The notes beneath the pieces were generated by a model that saw nothing but the letters and a program-made list of their open reading frames with translations, ran no database searches and was not told the DNA's origin. From a virus: a DNA stretch of 24,062 nucleotides. Location of the stretch: positions 1 through 24,062 of IMG/VR virus record IMGVR_UViG_2721755586_000001, one strand, 5' to 3'. How positions within the stretch are numbered: the stretch's first letter is position 1; every line of letters begins with the position of its first letter. The translations under genes and the position numbers were made by a program. Of this stretch, positions 10,668 through 19,220 are shown piece by piece.

Positions 10668-12593
10668 ATGAAAATATTAGATACTCCCTCTCTTATATCA
10701 GCTGTTGAGAAAAGGTCAAAGGCTTATGAACAGCTTCGAGAAGAAATAACAGATTTGAAAAAGGCATTACAAGGTGTTGCCAATCTCGGTGATGAGTTCA
10801 CAGGTAAAGGTGCAGATAACATCAAAGCTTTTTATAATGATCTTGCGCTTTACACAGACACTTATCTTGACTTTATCGATATGCAAAAGGCTTTTTTAGA
10901 TGGAGTCAAAGGAAAGCTTGATGATGAATCATTAGGCGGTAGTACATTTATTGATGAGCACTTCTTAGACGCTCAAGTGAAACAGGGCATTAAGAACAAT
11001 AAAGAAATGGTTGAAGAACAAAAGGAAGCTCTTACGGCTATTTTCGATGATATTAGTGATTTGATTGAACTACAGACATTTTCCAGCAAAAAAGTAGATG
11101 AGCATTTAGATGATGCGAACGAAGAAAGAAAAGATGCGATTGATGCTTTACATAAAATAGATCATGAACTAAAAACAGAATATGAAAAATCAGAACCGAT
11201 CGAGAAACATCTTACAACCTTTTATACAAAAATGATGGCTGCTACAGGAAAAGGGAAAAATGCGCAGCCCATGTATTACGATGCAAAAGCATTTCATGAG
11301 ACAGATGTGTACAAGAATCATGATAAAATCGATGCTCAAGTAAAAGCATATTTAAAGGTGAAAAAAGAAGAAAAAGAGAAACGAAGAATAAAAGAATTGA
11401 AAGAAAAGCTCAATGATCCATCAAACATGTCAGTGGATCAATACTTTGAGATTGTAGATGAAATTGGATATGAAAATCTTTCCTCTGAACAGAAAATATA
11501 CTATGGTCAGCTTCTCCAGATCAAAGCGCAGGAAGAAGCATCAGAGGGGTTCGTTGATGTTGTAAAAGGAGCAGCAGTTGGTCTATATGATGTAGCCAAA
11601 GATACAGTAGTTGGCATCTATGATCTTGTGACAGATCCTGGAGGTGCCGTTGAATCGGTCGTAACGGCAGTTTCACATCCAATTGAAACATCGAAAGCGA
11701 TTGGAAAGTCAATTTCAGACTCATTCCAAAAAGAAGTCATCGATGGTGATGCATATTCTCGATCACACTGGTTCGCCTATGCAACTGGTTCTCTAGCAGA
11801 AATCGTCTTTGGCTCTAAAGGGGCAGGTGCCATTACAAAAACGGGGACAACAGCAGCCAAAACGACGGTGAAGAAAGGCCTTGAGCAAGGTGCAAAATCA
11901 TTAGACAGAGTCTCTATTCCGAATCTATTGCCATACTCACCAAAGTTTCAACTGGCTGGTGGAGGGAAACTTCCTTACAATGTGTTTGATGGGGAGAATC
12001 TAAAAAATAAACTTCTTTCCATGGCAAAACACTTGGACAATCAGCCTGTATATGGTATCTCTAAGACAGGTAGACGATTACCTGCACCAAAATCACCACC
12101 GACTGTTGTCAGTTACGGAGATCACTATGTGAAATGGAAACGCAAGAAGGTATTAAAACCAAATGTAGTTTATACAACAAAACAAGGGTACTCATACACT
12201 ACCGATCACTACGGACGTATTGTCAAAGTCGAAGCAAGTGATTTAAAATACGGGGAGGTCAAAAGAAACCAATATGCCCAATCTAATTCAGGGAAGCCTG
12301 ATCGATTATTAAAAGATGACGGAGGTCATTTGATTGCATCTATTTTTAAAGGGTCTGGGGATATTGATAATCTTGTGCCGATGAGTTCACAGATTAATAG
12401 AAGTGGCGGTAAATGGTACAACATGGAGCAGGAATGGTTGGCTGCACTAAAAGAGATTCCACCAAAACATGTAGAGGTAAGTATTGAGCCTATTTATCAG
12501 GGTGATTTGTTAAGACCTGAGAGTTTTTTTGTGGAATATAAAATCGGAAAAAGTTATGTTCAAGAATTTATCAAGAATCAACCTGGAGGTTAA
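10668..12593 (+). CDS. LXG polymorphic toxin (T7SSb substrate) with C-terminal non-specific endonuclease, YeeF-like
   Basis: F.GKGADNIK.FY LXG N-terminus; IPNLLPYSPKFQLAGGG linker; DDGGHLIA..F.GSG..NLVPM...INR nuclease motif. Confidence 0.92.
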   Translation: MKILDTPSLISAVEKRSKAYEQLREEITDLKKALQGVANLGDEFTGKGADNIKAFYNDLALYTDTYLDFIDMQKAFLDGVKGKLDDESLGGSTFIDEHFLDAQVKQGIKNNKEMVEEQKEALTAIFDDISDLIELQTFSSKKVDEHLDDANEERKDAIDALHKIDHELKTEYEKSEPIEKHLTTFYTKMMAATGKGKNAQPMYYDAKAFHETDVYKNHDKIDAQVKAYLKVKKEEKEKRRIKELKEKLNDPSNMSVDQYFEIVDEIGYENLSSEQKIYYGQLLQIKAQEEASEGFVDVVKGAAVGLYDVAKDTVVGIYDLVTDPGGAVESVVTAVSHPIETSKAIGKSISDSFQKEVIDGDAYSRSHWFAYATGSLAEIVFGSKGAGAITKTGTTAAKTTVKKGLEQGAKSLDRVSIPNLLPYSPKFQLAGGGKLPYNVFDGENLKNKLLSMAKHLDNQPVYGISKTGRRLPAPKSPPTVVSYGDHYVKWKRKKVLKPNVVYTTKQGYSYTTDHYGRIVKVEASDLKYGEVKRNQYAQSNSGKPDRLLKDDGGHLIASIFKGSGDIDNLVPMSSQINRSGGKWYNMEQEWLAALKEIPPKHVEVSIEPIYQGDLLRPESFFVEYKIGKSYVQEFIKNQPGG

Positions 12594-12598
12594 AAATA

Positions 12599-13078
12599 AT
12601 GGAATCAATAGAACACTATTATAAAAAAATAGCAGAATCAATTAATGAATTAATACCGTGTGATTGGGATAAAGTTTGGATGTATGCAGAAATACTAGAT
12701 GATTCGGCTGGAATTACATTTTGTTTCAACGAGACTAATAGTGAAGAGTATGTTTATGGACATCAAATTCCTCATAAATATAGTGTAAGTAAGTCAACAT
12801 ACATCCACTTATTATACGAACTTAGTGAAATTTTTGAAGCATTGAAAAAGGCATATATACAAAATGATTTAGGTGCTTGGACAACAGCTACCCTCCAATT
12901 AGATAAAACAGGGAAATTCTCGATCAATTATGGCTATGAAGATATTTTATCTATAGGGCTTTATGGTATTCAGAGAAGAGCTGTATGGGAGTATAAAACG
13001 TTCGGGTTTTTACCAGAAGACGAGAAAGATAAAGAAGCCGTGCTGAATTATCTTAAAAATAAAGAAGAAAACAACTAA
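12599..13078 (+). CDS. Immunity protein, YezG/DUF600 family
   Basis: Y..IA..INELIP.DW.KV..YAEI, W...L..TGKF.I.Y.YED; directly after toxin. Confidence 0.88.
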   Translation: MESIEHYYKKIAESINELIPCDWDKVWMYAEILDDSAGITFCFNETNSEEYVYGHQIPHKYSVSKSTYIHLLYELSEIFEALKKAYIQNDLGAWTTATLQLDKTGKFSINYGYEDILSIGLYGIQRRAVWEYKTFGFLPEDEKDKEAVLNYLKNKEENN

Positions 13079-13085
13079 TACACTG

Positions 13086-13110
13086 CCCTCCAAAATAAAG
13101 GAGGGTTTTT
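13086..13110 (+). terminator. Intrinsic terminator after immunity gene
   Basis: CCCTCC / GGAGGG + TTTTT. Confidence 0.75.
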
Positions 13111-13143
13111 GTATTAGATATGAATTGGCTCTAGAAAAAGTAG

Positions 13144-13270
13144 ACTAAGAGGATACAACTTGTTCCGACTGACTTACATAAAAATGCAGCACATATTGGT
13201 GTTGCATCAGACTTAACAGGAGGCTAGTTAAAATGAATTTTAAACGGATTAAATGCAAACTTGATCATCC
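13144..13270 (+). pseudogene. Relic of a WHH/HNH-type toxin C-terminus plus first codons of a following gene
   Basis: 13144-13227 reads TKRIQLVPTDLHKNAAHIGVASDLTGG*; AGGAGG then ATG 13233 MNFKRIKCKLD. Confidence 0.7.
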
Positions 13271-13274
13271 TTTT

Positions 13275-14285
13275 TTATTGATAATTAGATATTGATTTTA
13301 TTGCATGTTCGTAGTCATCTAAATAATAATAGGGGTCTGCTTTCATCCTTGTATACTTAATAGTCTTATTAGGATTCTCAACAAAGTATTTGGCTAGATT
13401 TGAAATTGTACTATGTATTTCTTGTGTATCAATTGTTTTGAAGTCGAAGTGTTCAAATTCGCCGAATCGTGCTTTATAAAGACACACTTTGCTGAATTCT
13501 ATGTCAGCATACGGAAGACTTTCTACAGTAATATAATTTTTCTCTATTTCTCTTAAAAGTTGGTTGAGAAGGTAATAGCCAGTTAACTGGAGAGCATCTG
13601 GAGACCTGAAGCCTACTTCTTTAACTACTTTAAAATCATATAGAGTCCCATCAACATATATGTCTGCATCTGCACCATCGACTAATAATGACGCTATCCC
13701 AAAATGAGGGTTAAAGACAACATTACTTTCGGCACTAATTATTCCACTGTCTATAAACCTATCTTCAAATACTTTCATTAGTCGATGCAATTCTGCACTT
13801 AATACATCAAATCTTTTAATTTCAAATATGTCGCTTTCGCTAACACCTGAAAAAATATTTGCTCTTGAATATCTCTCAAGGTTAGCAAGAATTAAGGCCA
13901 TTTCACAAAAATCATTGTTTAATGATAAATTCCGCTTAATATACTTATTAATTGTTTTTTGAAGTGGTTTATAAGTTCTTTTCTCTAAGCTCTCATCTCT
14001 AGTGAACATTTGTAGCTTTCTAAGTCCGTTATAAGCAACCAGTTCATTTAATACTATCTTCTTTTTTATTATTTGAGCAACTCTAAATCTTGCTAAATAG
14101 TCAAAAGCAGTTCCTATCAAACTTGAATCTGATGGTTTTTCTAAGGTGTAAGGAACTAGTAATTCATACTCTCTAGAAAATGGACTTTTTCCACTTCTTG
14201 TTTTAAACTCATTCTTTTTTGGGGCTATTGTTGCAATTATTTCTTTGAAAACCGCGTCTTTTCGTATCTTCGATGTTAATGACAT
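13275..14285 (-). CDS. Predicted RecB/Cas4-like PD-(D/E)XK nuclease (ATG 14285 after AGGAGG)
   Basis: GTAFD...ADADIYVDGTLYDFK...QLTGY (D..DxK + QxxxY). Confidence 0.7.
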   Translation of the reverse strand: MSLTSKIRKDAVFKEIIATIAPKKNEFKTRSGKSPFSREYELLVPYTLEKPSDSSLIGTAFDYLARFRVAQIIKKKIVLNELVAYNGLRKLQMFTRDESLEKRTYKPLQKTINKYIKRNLSLNNDFCEMALILANLERYSRANIFSGVSESDIFEIKRFDVLSAELHRLMKVFEDRFIDSGIISAESNVVFNPHFGIASLLVDGADADIYVDGTLYDFKVVKEVGFRSPDALQLTGYYLLNQLLREIEKNYITVESLPYADIEFSKVCLYKARFGEFEHFDFKTIDTQEIHSTISNLAKYFVENPNKTIKYTRMKADPYYYLDDYEHAIKSISNYQ

Positions 14286-14355
14286 CAATCTATCCTCCTA
14301 ATTGTTATACATAAATTGTAACAGAAGGATAGAATTTGTATACCAATATTTACAT

Positions 14356-14407
14356 CGAACAAAAGTTCTTAAAACACATTGATAAAGAACGTTTGTTCTG
14401 TTACTAT
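14356..14407 (+). promoter_or_regulatory. Two LexA (SOS) boxes and sigma-A promoter of yolD-uvrX
   Basis: CGAAC-AAAA-GTTCT (14356-14369); AGAAC-GTTT-GTTCT (14386-14399) lying between TTGATA (14379) and TACTAT (14402), 17-bp spacer. Confidence 0.9.
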
Positions 14408-14433
14408 TTAATCATTCAAAAAGGAGTGATTAA

Positions 14434-14763
14434 ATGCTTAGAGACAGAGGTACGATCAAATGGACAGCTATGATGTTACCTGAGCATGTCGCACGACTTA
14501 AACAAGACTTAGCAGAAACGAAAAAAATAGATAAACCAATTATAGATGAACAACAAGCAGAAGAATTTGAAGCAACAATTGCCTACGCAATGAGTGTTAA
14601 CAAGCCGTTAATTTTTTCAATTTATGAGTCAGGAATTGTCAATCAACTTAAAGGTTTCACACAATACATCAATTATGAAAAGAAAATGCTACATATAAAG
14701 GATTTTTCACATGAAACTCACTTTATTATTTTAGATGACATAGTGGGTGTTTCTTATGATTGA
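14434..14763 (+). CDS. yolD: YolD-like protein
   Basis: MLRDRGTIKWTAMMLPEH signature; precedes uvrX. Confidence 0.93.
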   Translation: MLRDRGTIKWTAMMLPEHVARLKQDLAETKKIDKPIIDEQQAEEFEATIAYAMSVNKPLIFSIYESGIVNQLKGFTQYINYEKKMLHIKDFSHETHFIILDDIVGVSYD

Positions 14764-16024
14764 TTACTCAAATTTACCACGTCATAAGATACTATGCGTT
14801 GATATGAAATCCTTTTATGCGTCCATTTCAGCAGTTATGATGGGTTTAGATCCTCTGAAGTGTTATCTAGCTGTTGTAGGCAACACAGAGAGGCAGGGGA
14901 GTGTGGTGTTAGCTGCAAGCCCTAAACTCAAACAAGATTTTAAGATTAAGACAGGATCGAGGCTATTCGAGATTCCCAATGATCCAAGAATCCATATAGT
15001 TAATCCTAAAATGGATACCTTTATAAACGTTTCAACTAAAATTACTCAATTGTTTTATCGTTACGTCCCAGAATGTGATGTTCACACTTATTCCATAGAC
15101 GAATCGTTTTTAAAAGTTGATGGTGTTATGAGAATGTGGAACAGTGTTGAAGAAATTGCTGAACATATCCAAGACGCCATCATGCGAGAATTTGGCTTAC
15201 CTTGTACAATTGGAATTGGCGATAATATGCTGATCAGCAAACTTGCTTTGGATTTAGAAAGCAAGAAAGCACCGAACGGCATAGTTAGATGGAGATATGA
15301 AGACATACCACAAAAACTATGGCCAGTTAGACCAATCTCTAAGATGTGGGGAATAGGTAGGCGGATGGAACAAAATTTGAATCGAATGGGCATATACACA
15401 GTTGGTGCATTAGCTAAGTATTCACTTGAAACTTTAGAAAAGAAATTCGGAGTTATGGGAAACCAAATGTTTCACCATGCTTGGGGCATAGACCTATCCG
15501 AAATAGGTGCTCCAGTGTTACAAGGGCAAGTTAGTTTCGGGAAAAGTCAGATTCTACTCAGAGATTATACGACAAAAGAAGAAATCAAAGCTGTGATTCT
15601 TGAAATATGCGAAGAGGTAGCTAAACGAACGAGAGATCACAACAAAGTAGGAAGAACGATTAGTTTAGGTATCGGATATAGCAAAGAAGAATATGGCGGT
15701 GGGTTCCACAGAAGCAAGACAATTGAAAGGCCAACCAATATCACTATGGACATCTATAACACGTGTATGGAGTTGTTTAACACGTTTTATCAGCATAAGA
15801 CGGTCAGAAGTATTTCAGTCACACTGGGGAAAATTGAAGAAGATGCTAATCAGCAGCTAACTTTATTTGATGAGAGAGGATTAGAGAAAAAAAGACAGCT
15901 TGGGTACGTTATGGATGGTATTAGAAATAAATACGGATCAAAATCGCTACTGAGGGCTGTTTCATTTACTAAGGGCGGTACTGCATTGTACAGAGCTGAT
16001 TTAACGGGCGGCCATAAAAGTTAA
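14756..16024 (+). CDS. uvrX: Y-family translesion DNA polymerase UvrX (ATG 14756)
   Basis: CVDMKSFYAS, YSIDE, MWGIG, QLTLF clamp motif, GGHKS end. Confidence 0.93.
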   Translation: MIDYSNLPRHKILCVDMKSFYASISAVMMGLDPLKCYLAVVGNTERQGSVVLAASPKLKQDFKIKTGSRLFEIPNDPRIHIVNPKMDTFINVSTKITQLFYRYVPECDVHTYSIDESFLKVDGVMRMWNSVEEIAEHIQDAIMREFGLPCTIGIGDNMLISKLALDLESKKAPNGIVRWRYEDIPQKLWPVRPISKMWGIGRRMEQNLNRMGIYTVGALAKYSLETLEKKFGVMGNQMFHHAWGIDLSEIGAPVLQGQVSFGKSQILLRDYTTKEEIKAVILEICEEVAKRTRDHNKVGRTISLGIGYSKEEYGGGFHRSKTIERPTNITMDIYNTCMELFNTFYQHKTVRSISVTLGKIEEDANQQLTLFDERGLEKKRQLGYVMDGIRNKYGSKSLLRAVSFTKGGTALYRADLTGGHKS

Positions 16025-16026
16025 TG

Positions 16027-16137
16027 TTGACATAAAATGATTTCTGATGTATTATAAAAATCTCATAAGATTTCTTCTTCTTAACGAAGAAGGGCTAGAA
16101 GGTGTTCATGGATTATTCTGTGAGCACCTTTATTTTT
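16027..16137 (+). ncRNA. Candidate sRNA 1 (~75 nt) including its promoter
   Basis: TTGACA-17-TATTAT (16027-16055); hairpin 16072-16094; terminator stem 16099-16130 with three G-U pairs + T-run; no ORF. Confidence 0.65.
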
Positions 16138-16171
16138 CACATAAAAATTGAAACCTCTAAGATGAATTCAT

Positions 16172-16333
16172 TTGATTGATGGACTGTTATAAGTTACAAT
16201 TTAATTATAATAGTGGATAGCTTCATATTTTTCACCTCCTTTGAGGTGGAACGAGCTTGGGCTACGGGAATAGCCTAGGCTAAACAAAAAAGACATTCCA
16301 ACAACTGTCCACGTTTATGGAATGTCTTTTTTT
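16172..16333 (+). ncRNA. Candidate sRNA 2 (~125 nt) including its promoter
   Basis: TTGATT-17-TACAAT (16172-16200); hairpins TTTCACCTC/GAGGTGGAA and AGCTTGGGCTA/TAGCCTAGGCT with G-U pairs; terminator AAAAAAGACATTCCA/TGGAATGTCTTTTTT. Confidence 0.65.
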
Positions 16334-16347
16334 ATTTGATAAAAACG

Positions 16348-16378
16348 AAAAAAATACCCCTACTCAAATGAGGAGGGG
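16348..16378 (-). terminator. Terminator of the minus-strand fibre module
   Basis: CCCCTACTCA / TGAGGAGGGG stem preceded by A-run on + strand. Confidence 0.7.
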
Positions 16379-16384
16379 CTTTGT

Positions 16385-17236
16385 TTATTGAACTCTAATC
16401 GAAATAAATTTTGAAATAAATGAGGAATATACTGTTGATGTTCCAGGAGTTGTTTCAAATACTCTATATACTTTATCTGCATCTTTAATTAAGTCTCCAC
16501 TAACAAGTCCATCTGTAGAACCGAACGAGAAAACTTCAGGTATCGTACCCTTTAACCCTTCACTAGCGCTTCCGTAAATAACACTGCTCATCAAAATATT
16601 TTCACCAATTTTATTCTTGCTGTTTAATCCTAAATAGGTAAGACAAGTGATTGGCGCAGTTACTGAATAATCATTTTTGATGTCAGTTACATATAATCTT
16701 CTGCCACTTCCGATGATGCTTGATGCAAATACGCAAGCACTCCATTCATGCTCATCTGCGAAAGTTACGGGCACACCTATGTAATTCAATGTAGCGGGCA
16801 AAGAAAGTGACAAGGAGTAATCAGTCAAAAAAATTATTCTGTCCTTATTACAGCTGTAATAAAGTTCGATTGGCTGATTAGGAAGAATTTCTGATTGATA
16901 AGTTATCGCTACAGCTTTCCATGTGTCACTACTTTTTGAAAATGTTCCAGTAACACCAGGAGATCCAGGCAAATATCTACCTGATAATCTCATTGAGAAA
17001 AATCGTGAATTTGTATTTGAAAATGTCGTGGATGAGCCTGCAGTAGTACTGGCAATATCCCTCATCTGAAAATAAATTTCCTTCTTTCCATCTTCACCAT
17101 TTGAAAACATCACATCATAATCAGTTGATGGACGACTAGAAATATTTTGCCATCCTGATTCAAGCATGATTTGCTTCAACTTGCTGTATAAATCTTTCTT
17201 TAAAACAGTTATTTTATTGAAAATTGAATCAGACAT
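16385..17236 (-). CDS. Hypothetical protein, paralogue 3 of 3 (putative virion/fibre-tip protein)
   Basis: 283 aa; GW.N.SS.PSTDYDVMFS.GE.G motif shared with two neighbours. Confidence 0.75.
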   Translation of the reverse strand: MSDSIFNKITVLKKDLYSKLKQIMLESGWQNISSRPSTDYDVMFSNGEDGKKEIYFQMRDIASTTAGSSTTFSNTNSRFFSMRLSGRYLPGSPGVTGTFSKSSDTWKAVAITYQSEILPNQPIELYYSCNKDRIIFLTDYSLSLSLPATLNYIGVPVTFADEHEWSACVFASSIIGSGRRLYVTDIKNDYSVTAPITCLTYLGLNSKNKIGENILMSSVIYGSASEGLKGTIPEVFSFGSTDGLVSGDLIKDADKVYRVFETTPGTSTVYSSFISKFISIRVQ

Positions 17237-17508
17237 TAATTCTTCATCCCCTTAGTCCAACTGTGCTCTAATGGTGTTTGTCTAGGGGCATTCGTGGTTG
17301 TTCCACCTAAAACGAATCCTTTTCTAATATCAGTTTTCTTCTTAGCTGATTTAATTGCAAAGGGATCCGAAACAATGATCTGTTTTTCGAAATTCGAGTC
17401 CCTTAATCCTACAACAGGCGTAGGTGAAACAATCTTGACTTTAGTATATGATGGCTTCCTCTGGCCAAATAAAGTTGAGCTCATTACAAATCCTTTTAGC
17501 TTATCCAT
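17236..17508 (-). CDS. Small basic hypothetical protein
   Basis: 90 aa; stop/start overlap with both neighbours; SD GAGGTGG. Confidence 0.65.
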   Translation of the reverse strand: MDKLKGFVMSSTLFGQRKPSYTKVKIVSPTPVVGLRDSNFEKQIIVSDPFAIKSAKKKTDIRKGFVLGGTTTNAPRQTPLEHSWTKGMKN

Positions 17509-18359
17509 TATTCCACCTCAATTCCAATATAATTTGACGGAAAAGAAGTTGTTCTGTTAGTTGTGTAGTAAGTATAGAACACCTTATATTTTTTCTTTGT
17601 AATAGAGTCAATGTAAACATCGCCATCTAACAGGGCAGTGTCTTTTATAGCATACAGCCCATCTAAATAACCTCTCACGCCTTCTAGGTTGTCACCGAAA
17701 GCAATTGGACTAATAAACATGGTGCCAAAAATGTTAGTTAGGTTGTCGCTCATAAAGGTACTTAATAAATAAGAAGCTGCCTGAGGATAATCTGCTTGAT
17801 CGTCTATTAATACTTTTCCCGTAGTCAACGGGTTAGATGAAGTAGCATAAAGACAATTTACATTCTTAGCAGTTTTACCATAAATAGTAGGCTTCCCAAA
17901 ATAGCATATGCTGGCATTCGATCTCAAAATAGTAGGAGGAACGACAGTGAAAATTATCCGATCCCTGTTTACTGAGTAATACAAAGTTAAGTCAGTTTCT
18001 GGATTAAGCGTTGCAGCAGTTGTTATAAAAACAATGTTCCAAGCTTCATTTCTTTTGAAGGTACCAGCAGTCATCGGAGCAGTAGAAGGTGCATACTCCT
18101 TACATAGTCTGAAGGAAAAATAGGCATAATCCGTTGATGAAAAATTTGTTGAAGCAGAAGGGGAGGTAACTGCACTAGCAAAAGGACGAATATTAAAATA
18201 GATGCTTTCTTTACCAGTCTCACCTGTGGAAAACATAACATCAAAATCTGTGCTAGGATTCGATGTAACATTAGTCCATCCAGCATCGATTAACAAGGAT
18301 ATAATGCGATTATAAAGATTCTTTTTCTTTATGTTTTCCTTCTTGAACACAACGCTCAT
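17508..18359 (-). CDS. Hypothetical protein, paralogue 2 of 3
   Basis: 283 aa; AGWTNVTSNPSTDFDVMFSTGETG ... EGVRGYL. Confidence 0.75.
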   Translation of the reverse strand: MSVVFKKENIKKKNLYNRIISLLIDAGWTNVTSNPSTDFDVMFSTGETGKESIYFNIRPFASAVTSPSASTNFSSTDYAYFSFRLCKEYAPSTAPMTAGTFKRNEAWNIVFITTAATLNPETDLTLYYSVNRDRIIFTVVPPTILRSNASICYFGKPTIYGKTAKNVNCLYATSSNPLTTGKVLIDDQADYPQAASYLLSTFMSDNLTNIFGTMFISPIAFGDNLEGVRGYLDGLYAIKDTALLDGDVYIDSITKKKYKVFYTYYTTNRTTSFPSNYIGIEVE

Positions 18360-18361
18360 AA

Positions 18362-19210
18362 TTAATACCCAGTAACTTCAAAGGCTATGGCAGCTGAGCC
18401 GAAAGTATTGCTGGAAAACACACCTGGGACAGCCACAAAGAATTGTCTTGAGCCGTCTTCTATGATGCTTCCATGTAGCACATTGTCATTTGGTAATCCA
18501 TAAATCCCAGTTAGTTTACCACGAGTGCCTTCACTGGTATTTCCGTAATAGAATTCAGATAACATGTACAGACCTTGAGTGTTCGGATTTTTTGGAGAAA
18601 GATTAACAATGATTGGTCTTACTGTTGCACTGGTAGCAGGAGCGATGTTCACTGGTGAATTTGAAATGAGTAGATTGTTTATAGCATCTGCTCTTGAAGT
18701 AGTTGCAAAAATTAGTCCTCTGCTATCTGGTTCATCCGCATAGATTTCATCAGGAATGCCAATGTAATTAAGCACACAACCCAATCCTGTTGCAGAAGGA
18801 CTTTCAATGACTATAATCAATCTATTCTTGTTAACGTTAAGACGATAAGTCATGGTAGTATCTTTAGATAGCACACCTGAACTAGGAGCCACCATGAAAT
18901 ACTTCCATGGCTCGCTAGGTCTACCTACAGTACCAGCAGCACCATTTGAACCAGGAGCATAGGTTTCGATTAACCTTAGCGAAGCCGAGCAAAGATCAGT
19001 TGAAATAATCGAGTTTTTGTCTGTGATATCAGTTGGCCTCATCTGGAAAACTAGTTTTTTATCTCCTGATTCTCCAGTAGAATAAAAGACATCATAATCA
19101 GAAGTTGCATTAGAGGATTTGTTTTCCCATCCAGCATTAATTAAAGAGTTTTTAATCACTGAATAGAGGTCGCTTTTAAGACAAGTCCCTGTTGTGAATA
19201 TGTATCCCAT
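18362..19210 (-). CDS. Hypothetical protein, paralogue 1 of 3
   Basis: 282 aa; AGWENKSSNATSDYDVFYSTGESG ... EGTRGKL; SD GGAGG. Confidence 0.75.
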   Translation of the reverse strand: MGYIFTTGTCLKSDLYSVIKNSLINAGWENKSSNATSDYDVFYSTGESGDKKLVFQMRPTDITDKNSIISTDLCSASLRLIETYAPGSNGAAGTVGRPSEPWKYFMVAPSSGVLSKDTTMTYRLNVNKNRLIIVIESPSATGLGCVLNYIGIPDEIYADEPDSRGLIFATTSRADAINNLLISNSPVNIAPATSATVRPIIVNLSPKNPNTQGLYMLSEFYYGNTSEGTRGKLTGIYGLPNDNVLHGSIIEDGSRQFFVAVPGVFSSNTFGSAAIAFEVTGY

Positions 19211-19220
19211 AAATAACCTC

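Noticed and set aside
13275-14285. CRISPR-associated Cas4
   Set aside because: No four-cysteine cluster pattern, no other cas genes and no repeat-spacer array in the window
16194-16226. Minus-strand MKLSTIIIKL as a type I toxin
   Set aside because: Ten residues is too short for a membrane toxin and local G-U pairing favours a + strand RNA; kept only as an alternative in the sRNA finding
16385-19210. Diversity-generating retroelement or invertible shufflon acting on the three paralogues
   Set aside because: No reverse transcriptase, TR/VR pair, invertase or inverted cassettes seen; all genes are complete and co-oriented
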